A stretch of DNA of 64,000 bases from assembly GCA_951804945.1 (NCBI GenBank), contig OX638156.1:29388001-29452000 (forward strand), read 5' to 3'. The position numbers and the translations under genes were made by a program. The notes under the pieces were generated by a model, which was given only the letters and a program-made list of their open reading frames with translations, was not told the origin of the DNA and did not search any database. Shown here in pieces: positions 22,205-36,727 of the stretch; positions within the stretch are counted from its first letter, which is position 1, and every line of letters begins with the position of its first letter. Source of the DNA: Podarcis cretensis. Lineage: Eukaryota.

Positions 22205-23142
22205 AACATGCTCTACCTCTCTTTTAAATCAGAACCAGTGAAGGCAGTGAAGGTCCTGTGTGAGTGTCTGGAGGCGGTTGGAGGATGGATGGCGGCTAAC
22301 AGATTGAGGTTGAATCCTGACAAGACAGAAGTACTGTTTCTGGGGGACAGGAGGCGGGCAGGTGTGGTCCTGAATGGGGTAACTGTGCCCCTGAAGGACC
22401 AGGTGCGCAGCCTGGGAGTCATTTTGGACTCACAGCTGTCCATGGAGGTACAGGTCAAATCTGTGTCCAGGGCAGCTGTTTACCAGCTCCATCTGGTACG
22501 TAGGCTGAGACCCTATCTGCCTGCGGACTGTCTCGCCAGAGTGGTGCATGCTCTGGTTATCTCCCGCTTGGACTACTGCAATGCACTCTACGTGGGGCTA
22601 CCTTTGAAGGTGACTCGGAAACTACAACTAATCCAGAATGCGGCAGCTAGACTGGTGACTGGGGGCGGCCGCCGAGACCATATAACACCGGTCTTGAAAG
22701 ACCTACATTGGCTCCCAGTACGTTTCCGAGCACAATTCAAAGTGTTGGTGCTGACCTTTAAAGCCTTAAACGGCCTCGGTCCAGTATACCTGAAGGAGCG
22801 TCTCCACCCCCATCGTTCTGCCCGGACGCTGAGGTCCAGTGCCGAGGGCCTTCTGGTGGTTCCCTCATTGCGAGAAGCAAAGCTACAGGGAACCAGGCAG
22901 AGGGCCTTCTCGGTAGTGGCGCCTGCCCTGTGGAACACTCTTCCAGCAGATGTCAAAGCGATAAACAACTACCTGACATTCAGAAGACATCTTAAGGCAG
23001 CCCTGTTCAGGGAGGTTTTTAACGTGTGATATTTTACTGTATTTTTGGTTTCTATGGAAGCCGCCCAGGGTGGCTGGGGAGGCCCAGCCAGATGGGCGGG
23101 GTATAAATAATAAATTATTATATTATTATGATGATGATGATG
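22205..23142 (+). mobile_element. L2-clade LINE, 5'-truncated, with an open C-terminal part of the RT ORF (22208-23029)
   Basis: LRLNPDKTEVL, ISRLDYCNALY, LQLIQNAAARLV, LHWLPVRFR motifs; 3' UTR ending in (TAT)/(GAT) repeats. Confidence 0.9.
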
Positions 23143-24313
23143 CCGTATGCCTACCTCACTTCGGCACTCTTAGCAATCAATTGTTTAGCAAGTGACCTGT
23201 TCAGCGCAATGTTAATTTATTGATCAATCAACCTAGAGATGGAAAATGAATACAAGTCAAGCAAGGAGAAATGTTTAAAGACCTGGGGGGGGGGATCCAA
23301 TGTTAGCTTCATTGAAATCTGTCTCACACTTTACTAACCTGTTGTTCTTGAGGATGGGCATCAGTGTGGCATTCTGACCAGGCAGGTAGATTTATGTCTA
23401 CATGGCAATCTTATCAACAAGGTGAAACCGGCACCTGAGTGACAGGGAGGGAGAATCTGTGGCCCTCCAGATATTGTTGAACTCCAGGTTCCATCAGTCC
23501 CAACCAGCATGGCCAATAGGGATGATGGTAATTGTAGTTCTAAAACTACGATTACTACTGGGATGAAGAACCTCTGCGGCCCTCCAGATGTCATTGGACT
23601 CCAGCTCCCATAAGCCCCAAGCAGCACAGCCAATGTTCAAGGATGATGGGAGTTGTAGTTCAGCAATGTCTGGAGGACATAGGTTCCCCACTCCTGCTTT
23701 ACAATTAAAATAAGATGAAAATAAATGAAGGCGGGCGGGGGGGGGGGGGGAGGGACTGTTGGAGAAAGAGGTTTGGAAGAGAGATTCCTTACTCTCTTGT
23801 AGTAGAGTTACACAATTTTACACAATGGGGATTGCTCCAAGCACATTAAAACTTGTTTAGATTTATATCTACCCTCATCCACCTTTAAACGAATGTTCCC
23901 CATCAAAATACCTAGACTAGAATAAATCACAGAAATTTAACTTTCCAAATAAGTGAATTCTTTACTCACAGAGATTCCCTAAGGTAAATCAAACAAGTCT
24001 CCATCTGCTGCCAGTGAAAAAAAGTTGAAAAAGTTTCCAAACAACTCCCAATGAAAAGTACTTGGCTTGATTACAAAAAGGATCATGCAGTATTTTGGTT
24101 AGCAAAAATGCAGTCTATAAAATCTCCCTTTTTGAGAGATTCAGTTCACTTGCAGGGAGCCACATGGCTCCTTCTTTGCTTGTTCCAAGAAGCACAAAGA
24201 GGAAAAAAGAATGAGAAATGTTGGAGCAAAGGCAGCTGATAGCTTGCACACCCACTCTGGTAACTTGAGTTCAGGTCTCAGGTTAACCCTTTCATGCAGG
24301 CATGTATGAACTG

Positions 24314-24700
24314 TAAAGGTAAAGGTACCCCTGACCGTTAGGTCCAGTCGCGGACAACTCTAGGGTTGCACGCTCATATTGCTCTATAGGCCAAGGTAGC
24401 CGGCGTTTGTCCACAGACAGCTTCCAGGTCATGTCACCATGACTAAGCCGCTTTTGGCAAACCAGAGCAGCACACGGAAACGCCATTTACCTTCCCACTG
24501 GAGCGGTACCTATTTATCTACTTGCACTTTGATGTGCTTTCGAACTGCTAGGTTGGCAGGAGCAGGGACCAAGTAATGGTCCAAGCAACGGACCAAGCAA
24601 TGGGACCAAGCTCACCCCATTGTGGGGATTCAAACCGCCAACCTTCTCATCGGCAAGCCCTAGGCTCTGTGGTTTAGACCACAGCTCCACCCGTGTCCCT
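24314..24700 (-). mobile_element. Full-length Sauria SINE
   Basis: Homologous to 18351-18714; TSD tgtatgaactg; internal short-unit amplification (ggaccaagcaa) near 24566-24612. Confidence 0.88.
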
Positions 24701-26465
24701 TGTATGAACTGCAGTAACTGTATATTACAACGAAAACTTCTTAGCTATAAGCTTGGTTCAGCAGGGTAATAAAAGAATCAGAGTGAACCAGGGAACTTTG
24801 AAAGAAATTGCTTGGGAAATGGTTCATTTGCACACAGTGACTGCATTTTGATGTAATGATAAACTATGGTAGGGATGGGGAAGCTGTGGCCATCCAGATA
24901 TTGCTGGACCAAAACTCTTATCATCCTTGATCATTGGCTATGTTGACTGTGACTGATTGGGGTTGGAGTCGAACAAGATCTGGAGGACTCCAACAAGTTT
25001 AATATGACAGGACTGAATCTGTGTGAGCCTCTTCCAGCATGGCTGTGAGGTGGAGCTTGGAATCTTTCACCTCCATCTTTGTTTCACTGAGGCTTGTCCT
25101 GTTGTTCAAAGCTGACAAAGTGTGGTTAATTATAACTATGGTTCATTGAACCAATTCAGCTTTGTAAGCCTTATAAGCCATGCTTTGAAAGTGGTTTGAT
25201 TCACGCAAACCATAGATATAGATTTAGGTATAACAGCCCCCACTCCCACCGAGCCTAAGGGTATTTATTGTCACAATAAACCATAGTTTGTCATAACGTC
25301 CAAATGCAGCTAATCTCAAAAGTAGCCTTGAGCTCCATGACTGAGCAAAGGTGAAGTAAAAATCCCTGTGCCTAATGCACCACACAGCCTCCTTAAATCA
25401 AAGTTTTAATAAACGTTATGTTGAGTAGAAGTGCTTTTAAAGTGTGTGTAAAATGGTTTTGGTGCTGGTGAATTTTCATGAGGACTTAAGGAAAATTGCA
25501 AACCAATGTGGAGAACTGAACTTAAATTTCAAAAAAATGAGAGTAAGAAATGGAAATTGGCAGATTTGCGTATCCATAACCCTTTCCTCATTGTTTACTC
25601 TTTCATTTAGGTTCAACAAGATAAAAGGGGCATTGGATTGCTTTCACTGGCTTTCTTAATCCTAAAGAACTTTGAGAAGAGAGCAGTGAAAATTGTGAGT
25701 AGAAATAAATATCTACCTTTTTTGGGTGGGGGGGTGTCAATACCTCTTTAAATTACATCCTGACTTTTTTTCCCCTGTTGGACTGCAATTATAATCATTC
25801 AAAGCCCACGGACACATAATCGTTTGGCCAGGGAGCAAAAAGACCCTGACTGATGCGCTTAACAAAAATTAACCTGGTTACAGTGGTACTCTGTTGAAAA
25901 TGAGAAAGTGCAGGGGATCAAAATCAATGCCTTCACAGCCAAATGACTGCAGGACTGGCTTTGAATTTCAGCTAAATGCCCTTAAAATGATGATCTTAAT
26001 TGCATTATATTAAAGCCCCTGATCAGATAGTTCAGATGATGATAATCTATCATATTGGATGTGGATGGCAAGGGGAAAAGGGGAGATGATATCTCTTATG
26101 CAGAGGTTGGCTCAGGACCTCCACGTGCTGCCCAGAGCTTCCCAGGGCTAGGTTACCCATGTCCATCTTGTTGGGCAACAGCTTTCATCATCCCTGATCA
26201 TTGGTAGTCTTGGGTGTTGGGGCTGTTGGCAGCTGGGGTCCAACAACATCAGGAAGGCCCCAAGTTCTCCATCCCTGCATTGCCTCACACAGAGTTTGCA
26301 GGCATCCCACACACAAGAAACTTAGAGAACACATTGTGGCTGGAACAGCTTTGGACCCATTTATTGACTTGTAGCATTGTATGATTATTTGCATGTTTTA
26401 ATTGACCATCTATAGATAGCTTAATACGCAGCTTTGATTGAAACACAGTGGGTTTTTCTTAGCAA

Positions 26466-26711
26466 TACAGAGGAACCTTGTGTTACGTACCGTCCTCCTT
26501 ATGAATGCTTTGGGTTACGAGCTCTGCTAACCCAGAAGTAGATGCTCCTTGTTGCGAACTTTGCCCCGGGATCCGAGCGGAAGTCGCGCGCCGGCGGCAT
26601 GGCAGCAGCAATAGGCGCCATTAGCGAAAGTGCACCTCATGTTAAGAACGGTTTCGGGTTACAAACGGACCCCCGGAACGAATTCAGTTTGTAACCGGAG
26701 GTACCACTGTA
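26466..26711. mobile_element. Tc1/mariner-type MITE
   Basis: TA-flanked; ends gaggtaccactgta; similar to 28197-28407. Confidence 0.7.
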
Positions 26712-28196
26712 GCTGGGCAGCAGACTGAGCGGCCACAGAGTTAATCTCTAGAGCCACGTCTCCTGCACGCTATGGGGAAATGTATTTCTTCTTAAATTAC
26801 AACCAGCATTATAATTTAATTCCCAAACATAATTTCCAAGTTTGAACCTATCTGTATAAATCAGGGTCCTTGCAGGGGCTTGTTGTGTAGTAAGTGGTCC
26901 CTGTAAGAAGAGTCCTGGGTTGATCAGTCCAAAAGCCCATCTCATCCAGCACCATGGGAGGAATTCATTGTAGCTCTAACTTAAAGGATCTCAATTGTGT
27001 ACCAGTTGCACTAGCAGAATGGCTTGCACAAGACAAGGCACAGGAAGAGGAGGTGCAGGCCCATCTGGCTCAATGTTACCTATACTGACTGGCAGTGGCT
27101 CTGTAGGATTTCAGACTTGAGTTCCCTCCCAGCTTTACCTGGAGATGCCGAGGATTTAACCTAGGACCGTTTGCATGCAAAAGAGATGCTCCCCCACTAA
27201 ACTAGAGCCCTTTCCCAAATGTGAGCCACCAATGCATTTTCATTCCATGTTTGCCTGCATTTTTGCCTGCATGTTTGCCTGCATTTCACACACGTGCGTC
27301 GAGAACCTCTGCACAGAAACTACGCAGATTCCTGCGTGAATTCCCGGGAGCAGTTATTTGCATTGTTAGCAAATCTGCTTCTTGCAACCCGCCCTTTCTT
27401 CCTTCTTAGCCAATATTTGATCATCTCCCCATCGCTGCTGATAAATTACTATGATATTTAAAGATCTTCTTGAGCTTTGCTGAGCGATGCCTCTAAGTGG
27501 CTTGAGAGTGGAGATTTTGCTTTGCAGTACCACTCGTCATTTTCTGGTGGGTAAAACTCTTTTCCTTTTTAAAAGCCGGAACCTTGCAGAGTTTCCTGCA
27601 GAAGAGGGGCGAAAGGCATTAGCTCTGCATTTAAAATGAAGCAGATTTACAGTATATATCACAGAAATATAGAATGTCAGTAGCAGTCAGCAAGGACTCA
27701 AATACCCATAATCTTTCTCTCTCTTTTCTTTCCGGAGTTTAGGACTCTATGATGCAATCCAAGCAGAGAGCTAAATCCTGAAATATTTTGGTGCTGCTCT
27801 GATTTGGGTTCATCATTATGTCAAAAATGGTTCAATTCCAGTATATTGTTATGAGTTTTGGCAGGGGGGAAGGGCTAGGCTGAATGCCTGGGCCCCCTTC
27901 TAATTCCTAGATCCAACACTGAGTCAAGGAATAGCCAGGCCAGCCTGGGAGATGGATCGCTAAGAGATTGACGGAAAGGGGGCTCCATGCCAGATGACAA
28001 ATGGATGGAGCCCCTCCAGCTCTTAGATAGTTAAATGGAAAAGGCCTAAGTTTGAGAGCAGAGTTTGCTGTGATGTGGCCTAGAGGAAAAAGCTGCAGGC
28101 TGGAGAGAAAATCCAGAACAGATTTAGGGGGTGCTCAGCCGGTGTTCTGCTGTGCAAGCAGGAATCCTTGTGTTGACGGAAAAGGGGAGTTAGCAC

Positions 28197-28407
28197 TACA
28201 GTGGTACCTCGGGTTACATATGCTTCAGGTTACACACTTCGCTAACCCAGAAATAGTGCTTCAGGATAAGAACAGAAATCGGGCTCCGGCGGCGCGGCAG
28301 CAGCAGGAGGCCCTATTAGCTAAAGTGGTGCTTCAGGTTAAGAACAGTTTCAGGTTAAGAACAGACCTCTGGAACGAATCAAGTACTTAACCTGAGGTAC
28401 CACTGTA
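28197..28407. mobile_element. Tc1/mariner-type MITE
   Basis: TIRs tacagtggtacctc / gaggtaccactgta. Confidence 0.85.
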
Positions 28408-29002
28408 CTTTGGATTTCACCCTAAATATTTAACTTGAGCTCCTGCATTTAATAATAGAGAGGAAGAAACACAGACCAAACTGGACATGATGAAGGTAAT
28501 GTGGCCACTGGACTCCTCTGTCTGGCCCTTGGGACCCTTCATTCCTTCCTCTGGTTCTTTTGCCTGATTGAAATGTGTCCTTGAACTGTGACAATGTCTC
28601 TTGTTTGCCTGGATACTGTGATGTGTGGGGTATGTGTTTAGAACCCTCTGATTTAGCGTGGATGGAGTGTGGCGTTCTGCACAAAAGTAAGAGTCAAATC
28701 TGGAATGCCTTCCCTCAGGTAATTTGTGAGGTGGAGACAGTAGTGGCCTTTAAGAATCTCTTAAAAACGTGTGTTTACCCAAGAAGCCTGTTCTTGTACC
28801 CTGACACCTAATTCTCCATTTCGTACATGTCTTGGCTTTATGGACGACATAATTTTCGGCTGTTTTTAGCTAGTTTTTAAGAAAGTTTTCTTGATTGCCA
28901 TTGTTGTATTCTTTTCTTAAAAATGTAAACTGCTTAGAAATTTTCAAAAAATATTATTCTCAATAGTATTATACAAAAAGAAAAGTCCCAAAGAGACTTA
29001 GC

Positions 29003-29231
29003 TAGAGTTGGGAAGGCCTGGGAAAATCCCAGAAAAATAGGGGGGAAACCCAGGTTTTTTTCCGGAAAAAATGAAAAAAAAAGTATGTGGAATATTCAAA
29101 CTATATCAAAATGTGGTTTATTTGTTTGTTTGTTTGTTTCATTTTTTCCCCAGAAAAAAGGCTTTGGAAAAAACCCTGGTTCTCCCCCCCCCCATTTTTG
29201 GGTCCCCCCCCCCCAGGCCTTCCCATCTCTA
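29003..29231. mobile_element. hAT-type MITE
   Basis: TIRs tagagttgggaaggcctgg / ccaggcctttcccatctcta; 8-bp TSD gacttagc/gacttaac. Confidence 0.75.
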
Positions 29232-29389
29232 GACTTAACACGATAAAATACAAAGAGGTAAAATCAGTTAAAAGTCATTAAAAAAAATAATAATGTGAAA
29301 ACAACGTCCAGTACAAAATTCCTCAAATGCTTATTGAACTTTACAATAAGAACAACAAGTCCTAAAATGTTAAGCAGCATACATATTTC

Positions 29390-29424
<35 letters not shown>

Positions 29425-29425
29425 A
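29390..29425. repeat. (TAAA)n microsatellite
   Basis: Seen directly. Confidence 0.9.
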
Positions 29426-32400
29426 TGGTTGCTCTGCCCCCCTTGCCTTTAGCTCCACCTACTTTTGCCTTTGGCTCCACCTATCACTGCCATGTGACCC
29501 CTAGAAGGATTTACATGAAGAGATGCCGCTCTTGGGCTAAATATGGTCTCCCACCCCTGGTATTATGACTTGGGTAGTAACTCTTGGCACCATAATAATG
29601 GTGTAAAGATTGTATTCCTGTTTTCATTCATGGAGGAGATGAGTGGCAGCTGATGGAAATGGAATGCAGGAGATGGTGGACCTTTGGCATGATCCAACAT
29701 GGCTGTTCATTCAGTAGACCTTCTTGCTCTTCATGTCCACAGTGCCTGGGGTGGGATAACAACAACATATCACTTGGTTGCACGAAACTGTTTCTTTGGC
29801 ACTCAGAATTCCAGGCACAAATGTTTTTTGTGCGCCTGCTGTGTGCCTGCAGAACAGTAACACAGATTGGGCCCTCCCCACCCTCATGTTGGGGGCATTG
29901 TGTCACAGGAAATGAGCGAAAGGAGAGTAAACTCTCCAGGCACCAAGGGGAGAATAATGCAATGCTTCCCTCAGATCAATGTGGATTTTGGTTTGCGAGT
30001 TATTAGGCCAAGGTCATAAACAACCCCTGTGACCACAAAAGTAAAATAAAACAATAAATCTCGGGTTTATCTCCTGTGCTGCCTTTTCACTACTACTTCT
30101 TATTTTTCACACACACCCTTTGAACCAAAAAACACCCTTAAGCATCTATTAAATATTGCAGAGGCCACACTTGTATGTGTGAAGATAGTCTGGAGGATTT
30201 GGACTATGAATGAGGCTTAGGGTGACCATGTGCCCTCCTTTACAGAGGACAGCCCTCCCTTTGAAGTAGTCATCTACTTGAAGGGCTGCATGGTCCAAGT
30301 CCTATTTATAAAGAACCGTAAGAAAGGAGTGTGGAGTGGGACAAAGAGCTTGAAGTAGTTGCCCATCGACAGTTTACAGCACCTGGACAGCAGATTGAGC
30401 AGTCACACACAGGCCACCAGGTGAGTCATCTTTACTATGGTGTAATGTATTCTCCTTCTATTTAAATAATTGTAATCATTTATAAAATTGCACTTACGCT
30501 ACATACAGAGACACACACAAGCACATGGGTCTGCCACCCCTGCTCGTTCCATTTGCCAACCCTACTTGCCCCTTTGCCAACCCCCTTTCTCCACACCTGG
30601 CCAACTGCAATGTGACAACACTTAGTGGCCACACTAAGGAGCTTTGAGCCTTTGATTTCCAGCATCTCCTTCAAATATAGAAAGTTGTTTCAGAGTAAAT
30701 GGACCAAAGGCTCCATTCAAAGGAGGCTTGCTCTTTGCACTGGATCATTTGCCGAGCTCTGGGGTCAGGGTCATCACCCTGATTCCTCTTCATTTAGGGC
30801 AAGGACCCAGGCCACTCCCTCAAACCACACTTTCTGTGAGTGTTTTTGCCTGGCTGGAAGTTGCCCTTAAACTCTGAGAATGCTTCTTGCTTGCTTGACT
30901 GAATGGAGGATACTATGTTGTGTGTGTTAGAAACTAGCTTACGATCCTAAGGTAAAATTCACATTTGTTTATCTGACCTCTTTTGCATTTGGCCCCACCC
31001 ACTATGAAGATATGGCCCCCAGAAGGTTGCCCAGTAGAGAATATGGCCCCCAGGCTGAAAAAGATCTTAATTCTGAGTAGACATGCATGGGATTGCATTT
31101 TAAGAGTGTCTGAATAAAGGAGGCAAGAGTGGGAGAGAAAAACCTTTGAATGTTGTGTTTATACACACGGGTTGTATGGAGTGTTAGGGGAGAGATAGTA
31201 CCCCTGGTGGGGCACACGTTATGTTTCTTCTGGGGTAGTTTGGCCAATTTTGGTCCCCACCCTGCACTCAGTTCTCACTTGTGGCTCCTAGAAGCTGTCA
31301 GCATGCAACCGTGGCCACACCTGAGAAATGGCTATATGACTGGCTAAACCGGGTGAGGGTAGCCGATGGGTCTGAAACCCTTGGTGAATTAGGAACTTCC
31401 CCTGTGTGAAGACAGGCTCTGGCAGATTGAGCAGATGAGACCAATACTGGGCCCAGTGTTCAAGAAGGTGGTTTATGCACAAGCTGTAGAGGGAAGTGGC
31501 GGGCAGTTGGGGCTCGTCAGCATGAGAAGGCAGTCCATCTAGGAAAAGAAAGACTCTGATCCTAAACCTCTGCTGCCTTGTGGGATATCTTGGGAGAAGA
31601 AAAGGCTAAGGAGTAAACCCTGCACAAATTTGGAGTGGAGTCCCTAAGACAGTTGGATGGAGCCTTGTACACCTTATTCTATCAACTCCTGCAGCCAAGC
31701 TGGTGCCAAATGTATTGCTCTGCCTTCCTTTGGTCCACATCAGGAAGGCCAGGTCTTGTCATCTGGGCATCCCAGGACCTCCATACTCACTGCCAAGGCT
31801 TGCGACCTGGGGAGGTCACGTCAGTGCTGCTATTGCAGTGCTTTGACTCCCCCCCCCCAAGAGGCGCACTCCATTGTCTCTAAAGACAGACAGCTGCCAA
31901 CAGCAACATGAGACATACTGTTTTGTGAAGTCAGCCTTTATGTGCCACCTGTTAATGTATAGCTACTACTCTTGGTGCAGCACATTCCAGAAACTGAGAG
32001 CAATCATTTGTTTGTGCCAAATGAAAATTTACTCTAATGGATCACTAGAGATTGGAACCCACATGCTGTCCAAAGGGCCACCTCCCCCTGGCCTGTTCTA
32101 ATGGCATATAAGAGCTAGTTTGTGAACTTCTCTCTCCTGCCCCCTACCTTGCCCTGCCCCTTTTCTTGAAAATATGACCACATCATTTACTTTCCTGCTT
32201 GGGCACAAGGCAGCTTTGACAAAAACGATTGAGAGCGAGTGGAATGTAGCATTAAAACAGCAACAACATGCATTTTAGTTGCCACAAAACTGAACTGAAA
32301 AAAACAAAGACAAAGCAGCACCTAACGATTGCTCTCTTTGCATTTGTGTTTTCTACCAATATCTATGTCAAAAACACACTCTAGTTGTCAATAAATATTA

Positions 32401-34062
32401 AAAAGACAGCTGGGGGCCAGCCACTAGCTTCCATGCAGCTTCTTTAAAAATGGGAATTGACTGTGATTGATCATTTTTGCTGAGAGAGGAGGGGCCCCTT
32501 CTTGTGGCCCAGTCTGGGTACCTAAAATTCATGATGACTGAAAGTAAAATTCCACTTCCACGAAGCAGCTTTTGAATTTCTTGATCTTCTGGGGGTCAGT
32601 GTGCTGCAGGTTACATGTGAAGAGCAATTGGACCTCTGTAAATACGCTCCAGTTCCCCCTGTTTCACAGCAACTACCTCCTATTTCCTTGCACTTGTCCC
32701 TGGTAAAACACTGTTCCTTTTTTGCTTTTGGGAAAGGTGTTAGGTACCTCTGCTTTTGCATCTTGTTTAGGGACTGGCAAATCTGTCACAGGTGGTAGAC
32801 CAAGGACTCTGAATGGGACTTTGAGAGCTGGACAGCAGCTTTCCCCATTGTAGCCAATCTGTGGTAGATAAGGACCCTCTGCTGCACTCAGATGGCCTTC
32901 AAGTCTACCCACCGAAACCAATGAGTGCATGGCACTTACGTTCCTTTGGTGAGATGAAAATAAGCGTGCCTGCAATGGTGTGAGTTGGTACAACTGTATG
33001 TCTTTGGAAGCTGCAATTTGGAGTGGCTGTTTTTAAATGCCATCCCTTATGCAACACAGAGCCTCCAGATTTCAGTTCTTGTATTCCTCTTTGCAAGGGA
33101 TGACATGTGCCGGTGCTACAGTGGGAAGAAGATGAGGTAGTCTGTCCCATTCAAGCAACAGTCTTTCATTCAATTAAATGAAGCCCCCTGCCCTGGATGC
33201 TTTCGACTGAGTTCATTAAAATAAAACAAGTCTTGCTGGATGTGCTGCTCATTTGCTAACATTGATTCCTTAATCACATTTGACCCTCTACCCTAGACTC
33301 TCCATTTCCTTTAACAGACATACATGGTTATGATTCTTGTTCTGGTGAAGTAATACTCTGATAGATCACCTGATAGGCAGAGCAGGGAAGCGGCTGAAAG
33401 GGAAAGTAGCCTTTCTCAAATCATACAAACATCCATGCAAATTTATTGGCATCTGTTGGCGATACCAAGTGTTTGTTTGGCAGAGAAACTGACTCTGCCT
33501 GTGGAGATCCTTGCACGCAGAGATCCTTCTGCATCAGCCTTCACCGGCCTGGCAGTGGGAGGTGTTCCATCAGGGAAAATGGGGCACTTCTTCACCAACC
33601 TCATTATTAATTTCTCCAAGCCTACCTGCCTGTCTTCTTACTCATAAGTAGTCTGGTGACTGGACCTGTGTGCTTGCCTCCTGCTCCTTAGCCTCAGCGT
33701 TGGCTTTGTAGAACTCTCAGAAGAAGAATGGGGATAAAACTAGAATCAACAGACAAAAACTAGAATGTCTCATTATGTCCAGCTGCACCTACCCTTGGGC
33801 TCCCTGCCTTCTGCCTCACCAGGCCCAATGGGCACCAGTTGCTACTGATACCTGCTGCCCTCCAGATGTTTCAGACTACATTTCCTAGTCCCAATGTATC
33901 TAGCTAGCATGTAGTCCAAGCTGGAGTTGCAGTCCAAAACATCTGGGGGGTCCTAGGTTGGTGACAGCTTATCTATATATTGTTATGAGTTTGGTGGGCT
34001 CAGTCTGGATGATGCCCCAAGTTCCTTCCAGTTCTTGAAATTCTATATCTTTGGGGGTAGAC

Positions 34063-34502
34063 TGTATCCCACCCAGCTTGCCAAACCAGTTTCTTTGTCT
34101 AGGTAACAACTTTGGTTGCCGAGTTAAGTGCCACGATTGGCAAATAAGATACTCTTTGCCATACAACAAATGGGTGGGCATTCCCACCCCTCACATAACT
34201 GCTAGACAGGAGAACAAAAGCCCTAGAGACTGGTATGTGTGAGCTGAGTGGGAATCAGGCTGGAAGCTGGAGACACAGAGACATGCTTGCTTTGTGCTGG
34301 ATCCAAAGTTGTGACTAAGGGAGAGGCAATATCTTTTGGGGTGTTCATGCTGTGAGCCCCTCCTATATATGTGTAAACAAAGCCATATATCTTAAAGAAA
34401 CCACAGCCTCTGCTGACCTTTGTTCCCAGGAAACTGAACTCTGGACAAATGCTGGAATCCCTAGAATATCTTACTGCTTGGAGATTGGGGTGGTGTGTAA
34501 CA
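34063..34502 (+). mobile_element. Possible solo LTR (ERV-like)
   Basis: TGT...ACA ends, internal TATA-like ctatatat; no clean TSD. Confidence 0.4.
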
Positions 34503-34503
34503 A

Positions 34504-34721
34504 TACAGTAGTACCTCGGGTTACAGACGCTTCAGGTTACAGACTCCGCAACCCAGAAATAGTACCTTGGGTTAAGAACTTTGCTTCAGGATGAGAACAG
34601 AAATCGTACGGTGGCAGCGGGAAGCCCCATAAGCTAAAGTGGTACCTCAAGTTAAGAATAGTTTCAGGTTAAGAACGGACCTCCAGAACGAATTAAGTTC
34701 TTACCCTGAGGTACCACTGTA
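34504..34721. mobile_element. Tc1/mariner-type MITE
   Basis: TIRs tacagtagtacctc / gaggtaccactgta. Confidence 0.85.
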
Positions 34722-34818
34722 TATGCTTCCCAGGAAGGCTGAGTCACTGCTTCCTGAGCTGTTGTTTGGAGGAGGGGGACTGCAGGCAGTTCGAGATGTG
34801 ACTTGAACACCATAGACC

Positions 34819-35322
34819 CAAGGGTGGAGGAAGGGGGCAGTGGGGGTGGTCCGCCCCATGTGTCATCACTGAGGGGGTGACATTCTGCCTGCCTGTGACT
34901 CCCAAGCCTACCCTGAGCCGTCTGGGAAAGGGGCGGAGCTGTGCTGCCTTACCGGCGGCCTTCCCCCTTTCCCCCTTTGTTTTGACAGCTCAGGGAGGCT
35001 TGGGACTCGCAGGCAGGCAGCGCACCGTTGCCCCCTGCTCCCAGGCTGCTTCCTGGTGGGGTGGGAAGCCTCTCCCGATCTGTCAAAAGGAAGACTGAAG
35101 GGAGGAAGGCTGCTGGCAAAGCAGCACCGCTCCCTCTGCTCCCCATCCAGGAAGCAGCCCGCAATGGATGGCATGCTCTGCCCCCATGGAGATCTTGCCC
35201 CCTGGGACACTCACCATGGGCGGTGCCCCCCCCTGGGATGCTCGCTCCGCCCCCATGGCTCTGCCCCCAGGTGCACAGCATGTGCACCGCTCCGGGTGCC
35301 AGAGCACCTAGCTCCACCTTTG
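34819..35322. mobile_element. hAT-type non-autonomous element
   Basis: TIRs caagggtggag / ctccacctttg; degenerate 8-bp TSD catagacc/cgtagacg. Confidence 0.6.
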
Positions 35323-36477
35323 CGTAGACGAGCATCCTCTTGACCCTGGCTGAAATCATGTGATTCTGGAAGGCCAATCCTATGCTTATGCCTGTTTGTA
35401 GCTCCAGCATCTCCTGCACTCTGCCGTTATTCCCAGTAGGCTATTCCCAGTAGTGGCTGGTGCAGCGGCACAGCCCTGGACCTCTCTTGTATTGCTGCTT
35501 TCCTAAATATAAATGCAGAGTTTCTAAATCTCAGGCTTTGACACCAAAACACAGGTTTTGGAGTCCATTAGCAGGGCCTTATGGTTTTGTTTGATCTAGA
35601 TGTTTTGCAAGAGAGGGAGAAAGAGAGTACAGGTAACTACCACTCTCTATCTCCATCCACTCACCATTCTGAATGAGCCACTATTGCACAAGTGCCCCCC
35701 CAACCCCCCGCAGTGTTTCCCAGTCGTTAAATGGGAAATCGCATGTGGCTGGAGGGGAATTTTGCAATGAAAAAAACCAACCACGCCTTTCTCCTGAACT
35801 TTCCAGCACCTATTCTACTTCACTACTTTGCCAACCCCTGGATTATATCTCTGAAAATAAAAAGAAATGGCAATCCTGTGACTTTAGAAGGTTAGGGGTC
35901 TTTGAAGAGTTGGATCTTTGTGAGTTTCTGCATGAAACGACCTGATCTGCAACTCTTGGACTAATGCGTGCTTCCCATTTTAGCTGCTTACCAGGAATGC
36001 ACTTCTTGGAATGTTGGGTCATCATCCTCAGAAGCTTAAGCATATGAAAATACAGATTTAGATTGTTATCTTGAGAGAAAACACATCTAAATAATATTTA
36101 AATACATATTAGGTACATAAATAAACACATATTTAAATACATATTTTGGAAGGGGTGTAGCTCAGTGCTAGAATGTCTGAGGAACAAGGACATGTGAGCA
36201 TAATACACATTTCAAGGAAGCTCAGTGGTAGAGCATCTGCTTTGCATGCTGAAGGTCTTGGGCGCAAATCCTGGCATCTCCAGGTATGGCTAGGAGAGAC
36301 CCCTATCAGAAACTTCAGATCCACACCATACATTCAAAGCATATTTGCATCACTATAACAGATACGGCTTCCCCCTGGACTCTCACAGATACCTTTGCCT
36401 GAGCCTGAAGAACCAAATGCTTCCTGCACCTGTCCAGTAGTGCTGGGGGCATACCAGGACGGGGGCTATGGAGTGGA

Positions 36478-36727
36478 GAAGAAGAGTTTGGATTTGGATT
36501 TGATATCCCGCTTTATCACTACCCGAAGGAGTCTCAAAGCGGCTAACATTCTCCTTTCCCTTCCTCCCCCACAACAAACACTCTGTGAGGTGAGTGGGGC
36601 TGAGAGACTTCAAAGAAGTGTGACTAGCCCAAGGTCACCCAGCAGCTGCATGTGGAGGAGCGGAGACGCGAACCCGGTTCACCAGATTACGAGTCTACCG
36701 CTCTTAACCACTACACCACACTGGCTT
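36478..36727 (-). mobile_element. tRNA-derived squamate SINE (Squam3-like)
   Basis: Reverse complement of 46412-46663; A/B-box head, (CTT)n tail. Confidence 0.85.
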